A stretch of 64,000 nt of DNA from Takakia lepidozioides (Eukaryota; Plantae; Bryophyta), in assembly GCA_030704615.1 (NCBI GenBank), contig CM060732.1, forward strand, positions 72,974,001-73,038,000. The letters run 5' to 3'. This document shows positions 1-14,442 of the stretch, one piece after another. The stretch's first letter is position 1. Every line of letters begins with the position of its first letter. A program made the position numbers and the translations under genes. The notes beneath the pieces were generated by a model that did not search any database, was not told the DNA's origin, and saw only the letters and a program-made list of their open reading frames with translations.

Positions 1-3000
1 CCAACACTGATTTTTCTGCCACAAGTAACTCCTGTTGTGCACTATCCCTCTCTTTCACCAACACTGCATTTTCTGCCAGAAGTACCTCGTACTCCCCTTG
101 CAGTTTTGCAAATTTTACTTCCAGCTTCTTTACTTGGCTATTGGCAACCTCAAGGCCTATTTGCTCTTCCACCCTCTTGGCCATAACCTTGTGTTCCTCT
201 TGCAGGCTCTTGAACTCTCTCTCTTTTTTCTCCAGTGCTGCCTGACACCAGTCATGCTCCCTCGTCAGGACTGAATTGTCTACCATACTTGACAAGTGAT
301 CTCTGCGAAGACTTTCACACTCAGCCTCCAGCTCCTCCACTTTGGACTCAAATGCTTTAAGATCTGCTTCCAGAACCTCCCACTGTTTCTCAAGTGCTAC
401 CTTGTGACTCTGACGCAGGCTCTCACATTCAGACTCTAGCTTCTCTGCTTTGGTCTTGAACTCACAGACGGATTCCATGAGGGACGCCTTCTCTAAGGCC
501 AAACTTACTTTACACTTTCGCAGTTTATTTTTCTCCTGGGTAACTCTTTCCGCCTCAGCTTCCCATTTATGTGCACTTTCTTCCACAAGGGTAAGATTTT
601 CCTTGAGTTTATGGAGCTCTTCCTCCAATCGAAAGTTCTCTACCAGTGTCGCCTAGGACAAAGACCAGTATGCTATCAGTTTATACCCATTGTATCTCAA
701 GAGCTGCAGGGATCACGATGCCCCATGTGTCAGGCATAGTTGCATGCCTTGGGCTTTTTAGAGGAGATAATGACTGAAATAAAGGAGAAGGAGCTCTAGA
801 AATATTTTAAGATCTGCAGAAACTCTCCACACAAAACTCCTTTTACTTTCTTTCTTCGTCCTCTTCTGCAGGACTGAACAGAAAAGCCAATGCAAATTGT
901 CAAGTTCTTGAAACCAATGTACGAAGCAAGTATTTAGTTGGTGATATTCATAGAAAAGGCCCATACCAACCCGACGAAGGGCTGATTATCCAAACGACCA
1001 GCTATACATTGTTTAAACTAACGCTTGATTGCTAGATTGCTGTTGACCTGATATTTGTTGCGTAATTGCTCACAATCTGATGCCAACTTCTCTATGAGTG
1101 CTCTCTGATTTGCTAGGGCTGCAAGCAACTCTGAAGTGCTGTCCTCTTTATCAGACTCTTCAGTCAGGCGGCACAATTAAGGGCCCTAAAGCAGTGGCTG
1201 ACTGATGACCAACCCTGTACAGATTCAATACTGGTGTTAAGAACAGAACTTGAGATTACAATCTTCTTATAATAAAGGCGTGATCAGGTTCTGCCTGAAC
1301 CAGCCAGATGTCAACCATGCCTGGAATCAGCTTAAAGTTGTTCTATCGGGTACATTTGGAAAAATGTTTTCATCATGCCAGGCCTCCAGTATTTACAGTA
1401 GACTACATGGTTAGACATATATGATCTCTTGTTGCCCCCAGAGACGCAGTACTATAGCATTGTCAATAAAAGGCAAGGTCAATGACGTTAATGCATATCG
1501 AACAACCTGTACCTGCTTTTCCTGGCGCAAACTCTCGCATTTGGACTCCAACTTTTGGGATTTTCTATCCAAATCTTGGGGAGCACCAGATTCTTGTATC
1601 ACTTCCTGGTTTGACTCAAGGTTGCCCTGTTCTTCCTGAAGTCTCCTATTTTCTTTCCTCACCACTGCTAACTCCTCCTCCAACTGCAACTTCTCTCCAA
1701 GGATGACCTGATATTCATTGAAAAGGCCCATATCAACCTGATGAAGGGCTGATTATCCAAATGACCAGCTGTACATTGTTTAACTAACGCTTGATTGCTA
1801 GATTGCTGTTGACATGATATTTGTTTGCGTAATTGCTCACAATCTGATGCCAACTTCTCTATGTTGCTCGTTATAAAGTACCATTTCATTTTCAGTTCTA
1901 TGATTTGCTAGGGTGCAAGCAACTCTGAAGTGCTGTCCTCTTTATCAGACTCTTCAGTCAGGCGGCACAATTTAAGGGCCCTAAAGCAGTGGCTGACTGA
2001 TGACCAACCCTGTACAGATTCAATACCGGTGTTAAGAACAGAACTTGAGATTACAATCTTCTTATAATAAAGGTGTGATCAGGTCCTGCCTGAACCAGCC
2101 AGATGTCAACTACCCCTGGAATCAGCTTAAAGTTGTTCTATCGGGTACATTTGGAAAGATGTTTTCATCATGCCAGGCCTCCAGTATTTACAGTAGACTA
2201 CATGGTTAGACATATATGATCTCTTGTTGTCCCAAGAGACGCAGTACTATAGCATTGTCATTAAAAGGCAAGGTCAATGATGTTAATGCATATCGAACAA
2301 CCTGTACCTGCTTTTCCTGGCGCAAACTCTCGCATTTGGACTCCAACTTTTGGGATTTTCTATCCAAATCTTGGGGAGCACCAGATTCCTGTATCACTTC
2401 CTGGTTTGGCTCAAGGTTGCCCTGCTCTTCCTGAAGTCTCCTATTTTCTTTCCTCACCACTGCTAACTCCTCCTCCAACTGCAACTTCTCTCCAAGGATG
2501 ACCTGCTTCTGCCATTGAAGATTCTCACAGTCTAGTTCCACCATCTTGAACTTGCTTGAAACCTCATTCTGATGACTGAGCGGCCTTTGTCTACAAGCTT
2601 GCACAGCTCGATGCATGGCGGCCCTCGCTAAAGCAATTTCACTTAACAGCTTCTCCTTGGTAGATGCTAGATTCAAGAAGGCAAGTTTGGTCTCTGCAAT
2701 GCCCTTGTATCCCTCCAATTCTGAACTCGTTACCTCCGGGTTCTGTATAGATGGGCTTTGTTCATCTCTACTTTCTGCCGATTGCAAACTCGCACATTCA
2801 CTTTCAGGTGAATAACCGACCTCCATGGTGCTCAGTATTTCAGTTTTGCATATAAATTTCTGAAAGGGGGACATGCAAATGGGAGTCCATAACAATGAAT
2901 ACACTTGTCAGTCCAAACCTTACCAGTCCCTGACTTAGGAAAATTTGAACTAGCTTCTGCACTTCCTTGGGACCTACTACCAATTTGACAATTTCAACGG

Positions 3001-5815
3001 CAAATTTTATGTCCTTGTGGTTACACAAGTAGAATAATGAATACGTCAATCCATCCTGATCAAGGTATGGCTACTATCATGTTCATCTAAGGAAATGAAA
3101 AGACCAACCCTAGATAACTTTGTGCCATAAGCATCGGACCACGACTCCATTCAGACTGTCATCAGTGATGAGGTTGGTAGCAGATAATTGGGTATCAAAA
3201 GGAAAAAAAAGGAGACAAGTAAGCCAATGGGAAGACAATCAACAGAAAGAACCCAACATATTTGCAATGAAATAAACAGGAGCCACAACAGGAATTTTCA
3301 ATCAGACCAGAATAAGAGTACCATAAGGAACAGCTATCATCCATGTTAAAAACTGAGCAAGGAAGAGCAAGCAGAAACGTCCCAGGAGAAGTTCAAGCAG
3401 GAACACAGGATTGACATACTGACACATCCACGGTCCTTGGTCAGCGCAGGACCTGTAAGAAAGCTGACTCCAAGTGACAAAAAGCAGAGTTTTCATCTTT
3501 ATACTAAGATTCAGTGGCAATCATTTCAACAGATTCAAACACATACCTCCAATCCCTGCAATAATAGAGGTATAGAGATCACCTGGAATTTCCGCACATC
3601 CGCAGTTACTGCTTGCATGCTCTCAAGGATGACTCTTTGTTGAGAATCATTAGTTGACACAGTAGCATCCACCTCCCTCTCCAACTGATATAATGCAGCA
3701 ACCAAGTCTTCTTGTTGCAGCCTTTCACCTTCATTATCCATCTACACAATGACAGTTAAGAACTGTAGCTGAGATACCAATCAAGACATGCAACTCACAT
3801 GCGAGTCCAACACCAGAATTGTTACAATCCCGTTGTAACCCACCATTTTACAAGTTGACATTTTGCTTAAACGAAGGGAGATTCACCATGGCAGTTGTGG
3901 CCTGCCAGCTGCTACTCTTTAATAATTGCATATTCTAATCGGCCCACATCTATATTGGAATCTGCCCCTCTCCAATGTTAGAAAGGTTATAGCTGCACTC
4001 TTTGCAATCAGTAACCTGATAAATACAGTGATACCTCCAGTTCATGCTGCTTTGCAACACTTTCTCTCAGTCGGGCTGTAGTACGATTCAATGTCTTGTT
4101 AACTTTTTCCAGTTCTTCCTGGAGTCTCTCTCTCTCGTTCTCCAGTTCTGAGGACCCAGTCTTTGCTGTTTGAAGCTCTTCACGCAACGCAGATAGCAGT
4201 GCTTCCAGATGATGGTTAGCCTGTATCAAAATCAGATGTTTGCATGTCAGAGGGAGAGAGTAGCATTGGTACAGGAAGCAATGGACACACATGTGTTTTC
4301 CTTCATATCCCCAGATACATGCATTGTGATCTATATAGAAGTAGGACATCTAGAACTGAGCTCATGCACATGCATTAGGGACCAACTTTGTCTAATGTTC
4401 TGCATAGCAGCAGGTAATGAGATGCTCTCACCATAAAGCCAAATTATGTAGCCATAACTAGCATCATAGATGTGAGGCCACAGCACACATCCTTGCTTAA
4501 TCTCTAACCACATTTGCAAATGAGGAGAGCAAGGTAGATCTCAAGGGCAGCCAAAGCGTTCAGACTAAGATCCAACAAATATTTGCAGAACCTCTCTACA
4601 ATAAAAGTGAAGTGCTTTGGTCAATTACTATCCTCATAGCTCCACTTTTACAATTTCTGGCGTGGTTGTAACATTGGAACATAATGACAGGGAATTGCAT
4701 TCATGACCACAAAGAAACCATATCCTCGGTTCTTAGTCTGAAACTGAATAATTCTACACAGTTGCAGACAGCCAAAAAATCATCATGCACATGCAGTTTG
4801 GCTACAGGTCAAAGGCTAAGAGATTGTACTCATAAGACATTGTCAAAGGCGAAGAGAATGATACTCCAAAGACTGCCTACAAAAACCCAACTATTTTGTG
4901 AAGTGCATGAACTACAACCTCATTTTCCTCCATCTCCACAAGCTTTGATCTAAGAGCTTGACATTCAGCATCCTTCTCGGCAAGGACCTTGTTCTGGTCT
5001 TCTGTGTCCTTCAGCACTTTGGCCTGCATCTCTGAAAAGTGCTTCTTAGCCTCACAACCTTCTTGTTTGCTCATCTGCTTCTCTTTGTCAAGTGCTTCCT
5101 CAAGGAATGCCACATTGTCCAGTGCCTTAGAACAAAGATCTGACCATGCATTCTGATCCATCTCCATGTCAGCAAGTGACACTTGGGTCGCCTGACCATC
5201 TTGCGGCAAATTCCCTTTGCTTGTCTTTAACCTTTCCCTATTCTCAATTAGGCTGGAGAGTTCTTCTTTCAAAACCTCATGTGGGAGTCCCACTCTTGCA
5301 AACTCATGGCAATGGACATGACTGATGGCTTGCTCACCTCCTGGCAGTATCTCAATCACAATCTGCCATTAAAGAGTGCCAAATTGTTAAGGTCGTAATT
5401 ATGAATATTTCTATGAACTCTTGAGCTCCTCTCAAACCGTATGGTAGTACAAGAGATTTGGAAATACTACTGAAGCTATGGTGGCAGGAGGCTGAGAATC
5501 AATCTAAAGGAGAGTTAGGCAATTGAACATACTAAGCAACCATCACACCTAAACACTTTAGATTTTACACATTACCGGCTCCATTGTAGATGTTGCGATC
5601 ACCAATCGTCTTTTATTAGGATATGCAGAGCCATATTGCTGCATAGCTCGCCCCAGAATAGCAGAACCGTCCCCTTCTTGCTGGTTCTCAATTGGAACAA
5701 TGTTGAGCTCTCTCCCCTGTAACATATGCACTTTTTCTCCCTGACGCAGATAATAACCTGAGAATCCACTTTGAGATGCTGCAACACAGGGCCCCCTGTC
5801 GAGTTGCACCACCTG
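1..5815 (-). CDS. Multi-exon gene for a long coiled-coil protein (partial; 3' end runs off the window, 5' exons uncertain)
   Basis: E/K/L/Q-rich heptad-like exons with GT-AG borders, e.g. 4221-4035 (ANHHLEALLSALREEL...HELE|gt), 3742-3582, ~2860-2302 and ~5365-4917. Exon 652-1 is open to the window edge (ATLVENFRLEEELHKLKE...AQQELLVAEKSVL). No family motif recognised. Confidence 0.55.
942..2505. repeat. Tandem duplication (~770/797 bp units) inside the coiled-coil gene
   Basis: 942-1710 aligns end-to-end with 1709-2505; both copies encode VILGEKLQLEEELAVVRKENRRLQEEQ. TG microhomology at the junction; the left copy carries extra indels. Confidence 0.9.
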
Positions 5816-6411
5816 CAGGGCACATTAAAACATGTCAGTAGGAGGCCTGATGTATGGTAACTTAATGTGGTTCTCATACAGCCTTGTCATTACAACAATG
5901 CAGTGTCAGGCTGCATGACCCCTTGCTTGTGATCTCTAAACGTAGAGGCCACATAAGCCCTCCGAACTGTCTGCGGCACTGAGCAGCTAGCCACTGCAGA
6001 GGGGCAAACGGGAGGTAGAGGGAGGAAAGAATGAAAGAGCGAATCTTTAGTACTTCCATGGAAAAAGAGCTTATGGGAGAAAGACAGACCTATATTATAT
6101 CCACTGAAGGCCCAGAGGGAAAGAGAACGAGTAGAGGATAGATCACAAAAGAGAGGTGGGGGGTGAGAGAAGGATCTCCGGTTTCATCCCAGAAGCACCC
6201 ACAGCAAAGGACAATGTAGTGACAAGGAACTGAGAGTTGATGTGAGGGTGGCGTGGACAACATGCTAGGAGACACACTAATAATTTCAACATTGCTGTTG
6301 TAGTCCCGCATCTAACACTGATGGGGCACTTGTGGCTGTGATTGCACTACGAGTCACACTATGCCTGAGCGAGAGAGAACAACAAAAAAAACATTGTTCT
6401 GTCAAAAGAGA

Positions 6412-7000
6412 GAAATGAAATGAAATGAAATGGTGCTTTATAACGTCCGCGGAAAGCTCATAGAGCTTATGGGACAAAATGGAAAGAAAACATGAGAGAG
6501 GAAACAGGAAACCAGAGCCAGAGATAAGGACTACTGTTTGAGTGATTGTCTAAGGGTGAGTGCCTCGTGCTGGTAAGCTGTCAAGCATTTCTGATCTACA
6601 TAGCGAAAGACTTCAGTGAGAGATTGGGTTCCACGGAATAGACAGTGGAATCTCCCTCTCATGGTATAGAGGGCAATAGAAGAAGAAGTGTTCTTCAGTT
6701 TCAATTTCCTGGTTGCGCCCTGTTCTCCCGCTGCAGGTTTTCCCATATGCCAGTCTCTATCCGTAGGTTGTGGGAGCCCACCCTGGACCGCCCCAAAGCC
6801 CTCAGGAGAGAAGGAGATAAAGATGCCCAAAGGTAATTGGGCCGCAAGATTCTATCGTCTCGGAGAACCAAGAATGTTTCTCGATAGAAATGGAGCTTTG
6901 TCGGGAGGTTGGGTAACTTCCAAGTTCTCCTGACATGTAGTTCCATAAGCTCCCTTGTAATGAGTCTGTTGCGGTCATGCTTGGATGTGATGTCCCCCCC
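6412..7000 (-). mobile_element. 3' fragment of an RTE-group/RTEX-like non-LTR retrotransposon
   Basis: Frameshifted C-terminal motifs RALGRSRVGSHNLRIETGIW and ETEEHFFFYCPLY (zinc-knuckle end of LINE ORF2), followed by a short 3' UTR ending in (CATTT)n at 6412-6432. Confidence 0.75.
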
Positions 7001-8431
7001 AAAGAGAGAAAGGAAGAAAGAAACTGTTTAGCTGATTACAACCACAAAATCCAAATCTCAAGCCTTGGATGGAGGTTGGGGAAGAAAGAGACATAGAGAG
7101 AAGACACGCTTTCTTTACAATGAACCCGTTCATTACTACACAATTGATCTCTTCTCTTCCCCCCAGTGCAGACATTGAGTGGAAGGGATGGAGAGCAGCG
7201 GTTGCAATCAGCTTATTCAACCAGATGGTTTCAAATTGTCTCAGACAACATGTCAGGGAGTTTCAGGCAGATGTGACCAACACACCCAGTCGGGCATGTC
7301 AAGTTCCAGGCCTGTACGCCAAGCTTAAGTGAACTCGTCCTTTCATTTGAGTTGGGCCCAGGAACCCAACGTGCATTGACGAAAGAAACAAGAATCCTAA
7401 TCCACTACCCTCATCCTGCTTCAAATCTTAGTGACCAGTTGGAACTGCCCTCTTTCCCTCCCAATACCACGCTCATCAGTCTAATCAGACTATTACCTGG
7501 TGATCTTCTCGTATCATTGTCGACATCTGTTCGTCCTCTTTTTCCTCCTGATCAGTCCCGTCCATAATAATCATGCAAACCGCCAATAAATGACACATAC
7601 ACAGCGTGCGACGTTGATTCTCTTGTAGATTTCCATTGAAGGCCCCATCTAGATTTCAAAATTCTTGCCAACTCCCTTTCCCTCCGTGTCTATTCGCTCC
7701 GGTAAGAAAGTAACTGCTCTAACTACACTATGCAGGATTTACAGAAAATCTCCAATCTATTGTACGACAGACCTCTCTCTCGGAAACGGACTCGTTCTAT
7801 CTGTCCCTGTGTGTTCCTTCAGGTAACATTTATGTTCGGCCGGATATCCTCTACATGCTCGGCATGTGCACTGCAGCAGGAAATCTTGTCGGGAAATCTA
7901 TGTATGCAGATGAACGAAGATCCCCTAGCGCGCGGATAATTCTCTCCCAATCTTCCATCTATTCCCTATTTGTCTCCCGTTTAGTGGGTCGTTTCACTCT
8001 GGCGGTTACAGTCTGCCAAAGCGAAATCTGCGATCTACCCACCCAGTATAGCATGCAAATATGCGCTTTCAGTTTAACCATCTGCATATCACTGAAATCC
8101 GCTCCCAAATTCTGGAAAACTCGTCATGTATGGCAACCAACTTGACTAATCTTGTGGGGCGCCAACCAGCGCGGGTTCTCAAAAGGCTAAGAAATGAGTT
8201 TGCATGTCGGCAGGAAAGTAAGAGAAGAGCAGCGTGGCCCAAGTGTAGAACGGATTCAATTCCTGGCACCGAGACTGCAGCCACCCCTTTGTTGTTGCAC
8301 CTCACTTTCATAACCAACTTCTGTCTACGTATTCTGTGCAGTATACGTACCGAGGTACATACCCACCTGGGCGGGGGAACGTAGGTATTATTTTCCATTT
8401 GGAAAATCAACTTCTCAGAGGAAGGAATATG

Positions 8432-8678
8432 ATCAGTAGACCTAGGGTTCGTTATGTCTAAGAAAATCAAATGGGGACAGTAAGTGAAACCTTCCGTTAA
8501 TGAACCATATTAATAATCCCATATTCTTTGTACTGTTTTTACATCTCGTATATAAATACAGAACTCTTGCGAGACATAAAAATAAAAAGCTCGGGGGAGG
8601 ATGGGAGGTGAGCCACATGCATTTACGACGTACCTGCATGTTATTTTTTGCTAGGACTAATTTCTGTTGTCTTTTTCT
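8432..8678 (+). repeat. Dispersed repeat 'X', uninterrupted copy (core 8517-8654 has Helitron-like ends)
   Basis: Near-identical to 38366-38446 plus 43287-43468 and to 44840-45003 (minus), and more weakly to 45839-45935. The core starts A|TC and ends with hairpin CATGCA-TT-TACG-A-CGTA-CC-TGCATG 10 nt before CTAG. Confidence 0.8.
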
Positions 8679-10884
8679 TTTGTGTGTAGCTACGGTGGAG
8701 GGTTCGATTCCCTAAATACAAGTTTGTTCTTCAAAGTGGGTCGCAGTGAGTGGCTGTGTATGTGTGGGCCATCCCGCCACTTGAATGGCAAATGCTCGCA
8801 GACAAGTGGAGTGCACAGAGCATAACGGGCTGTAACGGACATTTCACACATTCCTGTACACCTGTTGGCCCTCAGACCATTATTTTATTTTATTTTCGAT
8901 TCCGATTGCTGCAATGTTCTAACTTGGCCCCCCCATATCATAAGTTGCTACATGATTTTTTGAATTGTTTTCAAGTCACTTGAGAGGTCCCCAAACTATC
9001 TGTACTTTGACCTCCTCCTTTCGGGCAGCGTTTGCAATTCTTCGTATATCATACATTTCCAATTACAATGGTCATTGGAATTGAAACTCGACGTCTCACA
9101 TCATATCGTACTTGACTCCCACGGTGTCGGACCTCACCGTTTCTTTTAAGGTATTTACGTTGTAGCACAAATGGCATCTAGGAGAACCTTAGAGGAGCAA
9201 GTATGGCGCTTGTACAAAATACATAGTCGAAATGGCCGGCGATAATATGAGATTTTGAATGGGTGTTGGGCCAATGAACCTAAAACCTAGTTGACTTGCT
9301 GAGGCGAATAACCCAGAATTGACATAGCAAATTGGAGGCTCTGAACATGGAGACTAGGCAGAAATTAGGGCAAACACCACCAAAAAAATAAAAATTTAAA
9401 CCACCATTCATAAGTACAAAACCTTAGATTGGCTTATATTGCATTTCAATCAATCTATACTAAGTGGCATATTTGAACCCTGGCCCAAAAGACCCTGCCT
9501 AATGCTACATGGCACATAGAGAAGAATTATCAATGTTAGCAAAGTTCGTGGAAATACAAAATAAAATTACCAAGTAACTTGGCTCACAAAGCTTGTAAAC
9601 ACGACACATTACAGACGATGACACTAGCACCAGCCAAGAGAGGCAAGAGACCTGCCAAGGGAGCACCTTTTTCATATTTAGGAACTTTATCATCCAAACC
9701 AGGTTGCTATCAAAAAATTACTGAAGTGTTAGGAGTTGAACACCAAGTCGAATGGCTACTAAGGGAGTTCTCTGCTAAACTACCCATACGCATGATACAA
9801 ATACATTACTACAATGTCTATCTATAGAGCCTATACTTACCCATATATATACATATGTAGAAACATGGGCAGCATACCTCCACGGCCTCCCGCCCACTCG
9901 GAACGGGGCGATCTCCTGTAGGTGGTCGATGGGATCTGGCTCCTCTGTTGTAAATTGCCTTCATTCAATATAGCGCCACGTGCCTCCCTCTTGGGGCCCC
10001 TTTGGCGAATGGTGGGCCCACCAAATCAGCTTTTGGCGAAAAGTTTGCATTTTTCAGCCTCTTTGCCCTTGTCGCCAAGACCCATGCTAGGTCGAAATCT
10101 GGTGATTATTCTCCACTAAAAGAATGGGAGTCCCACCTTGTAAGGTTTGGATATGTGGATTGAAATCTCATGGCCGGTCTGCTCTCCGCTCATGGATAAA
10201 CAATCCCCCATACTACCACTCTAAATGGGCTGGTTACTCCTCATCATATATATATGTATATATGACGCCTCCCCAAGGGCTGGTTACTCCTCATAAGTGG
10301 AAGTGACCTTCCTTTCAACTCTCCTGCAAAGGCTATAGGACGGTTGGGGTTTGTGAAGAGCCAAGTCAGAGGAAGGTTGCACGCACACTTAGGTGTCTGT
10401 CTTTTCTGGTGGATCGGGTGAGTAGGGTAAGTTGGCCTATGACCGAACACCCCATTACACTTATGTCAGTACCTATGACCATGTTGGTCCCAAAACTCTC
10501 CATTTTTGTCACTTGGCAAACAATCATTTGATATGGAGCATACTACACTTACCCAACGAGTTGAATGCAAGCGTGGGAGCCTTGCCAGTATGGTCTCCGG
10601 GGATGCCCGTTCCGGCGGGCGCACTGTCAAATCCCCACCACCTTGCTCCCCTCTCACCTGCGAGCCTGTATTTGTAGATTAAAGCACTAGGAAATCTGGT
10701 CTAGTGTAAGAAACAGATGGTAGTGTGGTGGCTAGGTGATGTGCGTTGCAAGATGACGTTTGAGGTTCAATTCGTGGCAATATAGTCAAGTGGCAATAGT
10801 CAAGTTGACTGATAGGTTGCACATGGGATTGATTAATATATTTTTTCATCTCCAAAATAATCCTAAGTCCAAGATCGTCGCTAA

Positions 10885-11345
10885 GCTCCCTTGTTCCCTC
10901 TGTCCCCTCCTTGTTCCCAGTCCCGCTCCCCTATCCCTGTCCCCTGTACTCGCTCCCCTGTTCTTGGTCCCCACTCCCCTCCTCACCTTATGGAACGCGG
11001 CTCGCTCCCCTTTTCCCGGTCCTCGCTCCCCTCCTCACCCCCGGTTCCCGACCTCGCTCCCCTGTTCCTGATCTCGCTCCCCGTTCCTGACCCCGCTCCC
11101 CGTTCCTGACCCCGCTCCCCTACTCATCATGTGGAATGCGGCTCGCTCCCTGTTCGTGGTCCCCGCTCCCCTGTCCCACTATGGGGAGCAAGGATCTTGG
11201 ACCAGGAACAGGGGAGCAAAATTGGAGAATGTTGGGGAACATGGTCCTAAAGGTGGGGAGCGTGAGGAGGGAGCAGGAGGTGTGGAGCGCTCCCCACCTT
11301 CACAATGGGGGAAGACATTTGAAAGGGAGTCTGCCGGAGCCTCCC
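10885..11345. repeat. Foldback-like array of CGCTCCCC motifs switching to GGGGAGC motifs (decayed MITE)
   Basis: Many CGCTCCCC(T/C)GTTCC units left of ~11180 and their reverse complements to the right. Right end CCGGAGCCTCCC|TGA resembles a Tourist-type terminus. Confidence 0.5.
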
Positions 11346-12155
11346 TGAGCTCAGGCCAGTGGCCCACCACCTCACACGCTTGCCTTAAACTTGTCGGCTA
11401 AGTGTAATCCTTGCCATTTGATATAACCCCCCAAAAAGTGTGATTGGTCATAGGGCTCTTGGTGTATACAAGCATTCTGATTGGTTCGACTTTGAAACCC
11501 TACAACTTTGTGTAGGATTCATGAAATCAAATAGTTCCAAGTTTGTAGGTTGCCCCATATGTGGGACACCTTCTGAAGTTTACCTGAGGTAAAAATGACC
11601 AAAATTCACCGTTAGATTTTTCACCGTCGTTATTTGAACGGTCATAGGCCAACATACCCTAGTGTAGTACGTGACCACATAGAAATGCTCTCTACGCCCA
11701 TTTTCTTGCATTTATTGCCTTCAAATAGTGGGCGAGTTACAGTCATGGAAACGGACCCTTATTGTTGTCCAACATGAATAAAATTTGTTCTTGATTGGCT
11801 AGTGTGTGCAATTAGTTTTATCTTTGCATGCTGATTTTTTTATGAGCATGCACCACCTTGACATCCCTTGAGAAGATTCAAAACTGCATCACAAACTTGC
11901 CCCCTCTTTGTATTGGTGTCAACTGTGTTACTTCACACCATTCATGGTATAGTACTACATCGACATTCATTATTTATTTATTTATTTATTACATTAATTG
12001 AATGTTGATAGGATGTTGTCATGGCATTGGAACAATATATTATTGCATTAGTCATGACAAATATCATATTGATATTAAATTAAAAAATAATAGTAATAAT
12101 GTTGATGTAGTTTTGTACCCAAAATGGTATATAACAACATTGCCTTAACCCTTAA

Positions 12156-12486
12156 GTGTCCGTAGCTTCTGGCCACTGAACTGCAGAATTCTCGACCAAC
12201 TTGCGATTTGGTGCACAAAAAGGGGCCACCTATGAGTCTGGTGGGAATCTCCACATCTAGGGGTTGGGGGGTGGCCACTGGCCACCCACCAGAGTAGTGT
12301 GGAATCAATTACAATAATGGGCGGATGTGTCCACTTTTCCCATAACACCGCGTCGAGGGGTTCCTGGTGTCCCGCTACACCCCGTAGCCGGTCTTGCTTC
12401 CGCGGCTGCCTAGTCCATAGATACCCTAGCTAGTTCGGTGAGGACCCCACAGATAATGGGCGAGCGGCAGTCATAGAAACGGACCC
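12156..12486. mobile_element. PIF/Harbinger (Tourist-like) MITE
   Basis: Right end GAAACGGACCC|TAA and degenerate left end TAA|GTGTCCGT. A second orphan right end GAAACGGACCC|TTA lies at ~11748-11761. Confidence 0.45.
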
Positions 12487-14442
12487 TAAGCACACTAGCT
12501 AGCCGAGGTTCGAATCCTAGGCTTCCCATTGCACCTCGGGGAAGTCACTTCCAAAAATTTCCAACCGACGTGCAAAAAAATATAGGGTGCAATTTATTCA
12601 AAAAAGATAAAATTTAGAAAACATTTAAAGTAATAAAGGGTACATTATATTGTGATCAGGGAATTTAAATTAATATAGGGTCTAAAATAATGATTCATTT
12701 TTATTTTAAAAAAACAAAATTACTATAGGGTTGAGATAATACCTATGAAATTTTCCAAAAATATATACATGTTCTTAGCGGAAGGATATAGATATTTGTA
12801 TGTAGCTTAATGGTAAAATGGTGGCTAGGTAGGATTCAAAAAATGAGAAGGAAAGCAGGGAGCAGGTGGGGAATATCGCGACAGCCTATTGATCTCCTAA
12901 ATAGACCAACCACACCAGTTATTAAACTACTTCTCAAAATCTAGAGGACAATTTAAATTCAAATATGATCATACCGACAATAAGTGAGTAGATGTAGACT
13001 CAATTATTAGTTCAGTCACTATGACTTTCGATAGAGCGCAAAACATTTATACTTTGAATGTTGATGATGCGAATGCTTTAAATGAATTTATTTCAACCAA
13101 ATGATAAATTCATTTGTCTTGTAAAAATAATAATAATAATAATAAAATGCATTATTAATATAGGGTGTCTAATATTTGTTTGAAACAAAAAATTATAATT
13201 AAAATAGCATGCCAAAAATTCACCATATTACAAAATTATATAATTATAGGGTACTAAAAAATACCCAAAGTAAAAGTAATACCCCCCTACAAAATACCCA
13301 TTTATCTCACGTGCCCTATACAAGTGATAGGGAGTGACTTCCCCGGGGCATTGCACATGAATTGCAACGTAGTTTTTTTTTGTATCAATTGCACCAAAGT
13401 GAAAGTAAGTACAATAACTCATTGGTGGCTAAAGTAGGCAGATATTGAGGGGGCATGAAGGCTCATGCATTAGAATAAAATTGCGAGGCAGGAGGTGGGA
13501 AGGTGGTATGCGCGGTATGAGGAAGATCTGGCCTATGAGGAGAGGATGGGGTCGGACTTTGGTCAGAGTATTGGGAAAGTGATTGAATTTTAGTCTGAGA
13601 GAGGAGATGGAACTACTCCTATGAGATCTCGGCATGCTTCGAATTTTACCCAGCCTAAGGGCTTGGTAAAAATGTCGGCAGGTTGTCGAGTAATCTGAAT
13701 GGTCCCATCAGCTACTTTTTCCCTAGTGAAATGTATATGGGTGTCAATGTGTTTGGTTTTGGAATGAAAAATAGGGTTTTTAGTCAGGTCTATGGCTCCT
13801 TGATTGTCACAATTATCCTAAATTTTCCAGAATTTTCAAAACTTTATGTAATTTCAATGAATTTTTAAGTGATTGTCCTCTAAAAACTCATAGTAAATGG
13901 AGACCATGTCCAAATAAGCTCAATGTTTTAGGATAATTCAAGAACAATATATTAAAGATAGTGATATCAGTATGTACAAAAGAATCTTTTTGATTGGGAG
14001 ATTCGATCGAAAACATGTCCAACAATATTGTATTTTGGCACCTCTATCAAATGACTTAACTTAAACATCTTGTTAAAGAGGAACAGTTTGATGAAGGCAA
14101 GTTAAAGACTTTTAAGACGGGAGATTTGGTTCTCAGGTTGCAGAAGAAGGGGAAGATTAAAGCTTCTAAGCTTAAATCACCATGGAAATGACCTTAAGTC
14201 ATACAGAAGATGTATGATAACAACACCGCCATGTTACAAACCATTAACAAAGAGATGCTGGGAAGAGTCAATGCCAATAAGTTGAAGGGGTACAGTGGTA
14301 TCCATGACAAACCATTGCAGCACGATTTGCATGTTGAAACGCAGAAGCAGTCACGGGCTGCGCCAGTGATACCAACGGGGTATAGAGCACTTGTCGCTAG
14401 GCCGACCGTATATGACCAGGACGGGCAGTACAAGCGCGACAC

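Noticed and set aside
1-10. CCAACACTG matching the hAT TIR end
   Set aside because: It lies within an open coiled-coil exon at the window edge; a 9-bp chance match.
6531-6830. UBX-like domain (RGRFHCLFRGTQSLTEVFRYV)
   Set aside because: Adjacent frames give GSHNLRIETG and EEHFFFYCPLY, so it is a LINE C-terminus.
7150-8400. Possible 5' exons of the coiled-coil gene or a separate gene
   Set aside because: All frames are interrupted and there is no recognisable motif or consistent splice pattern.
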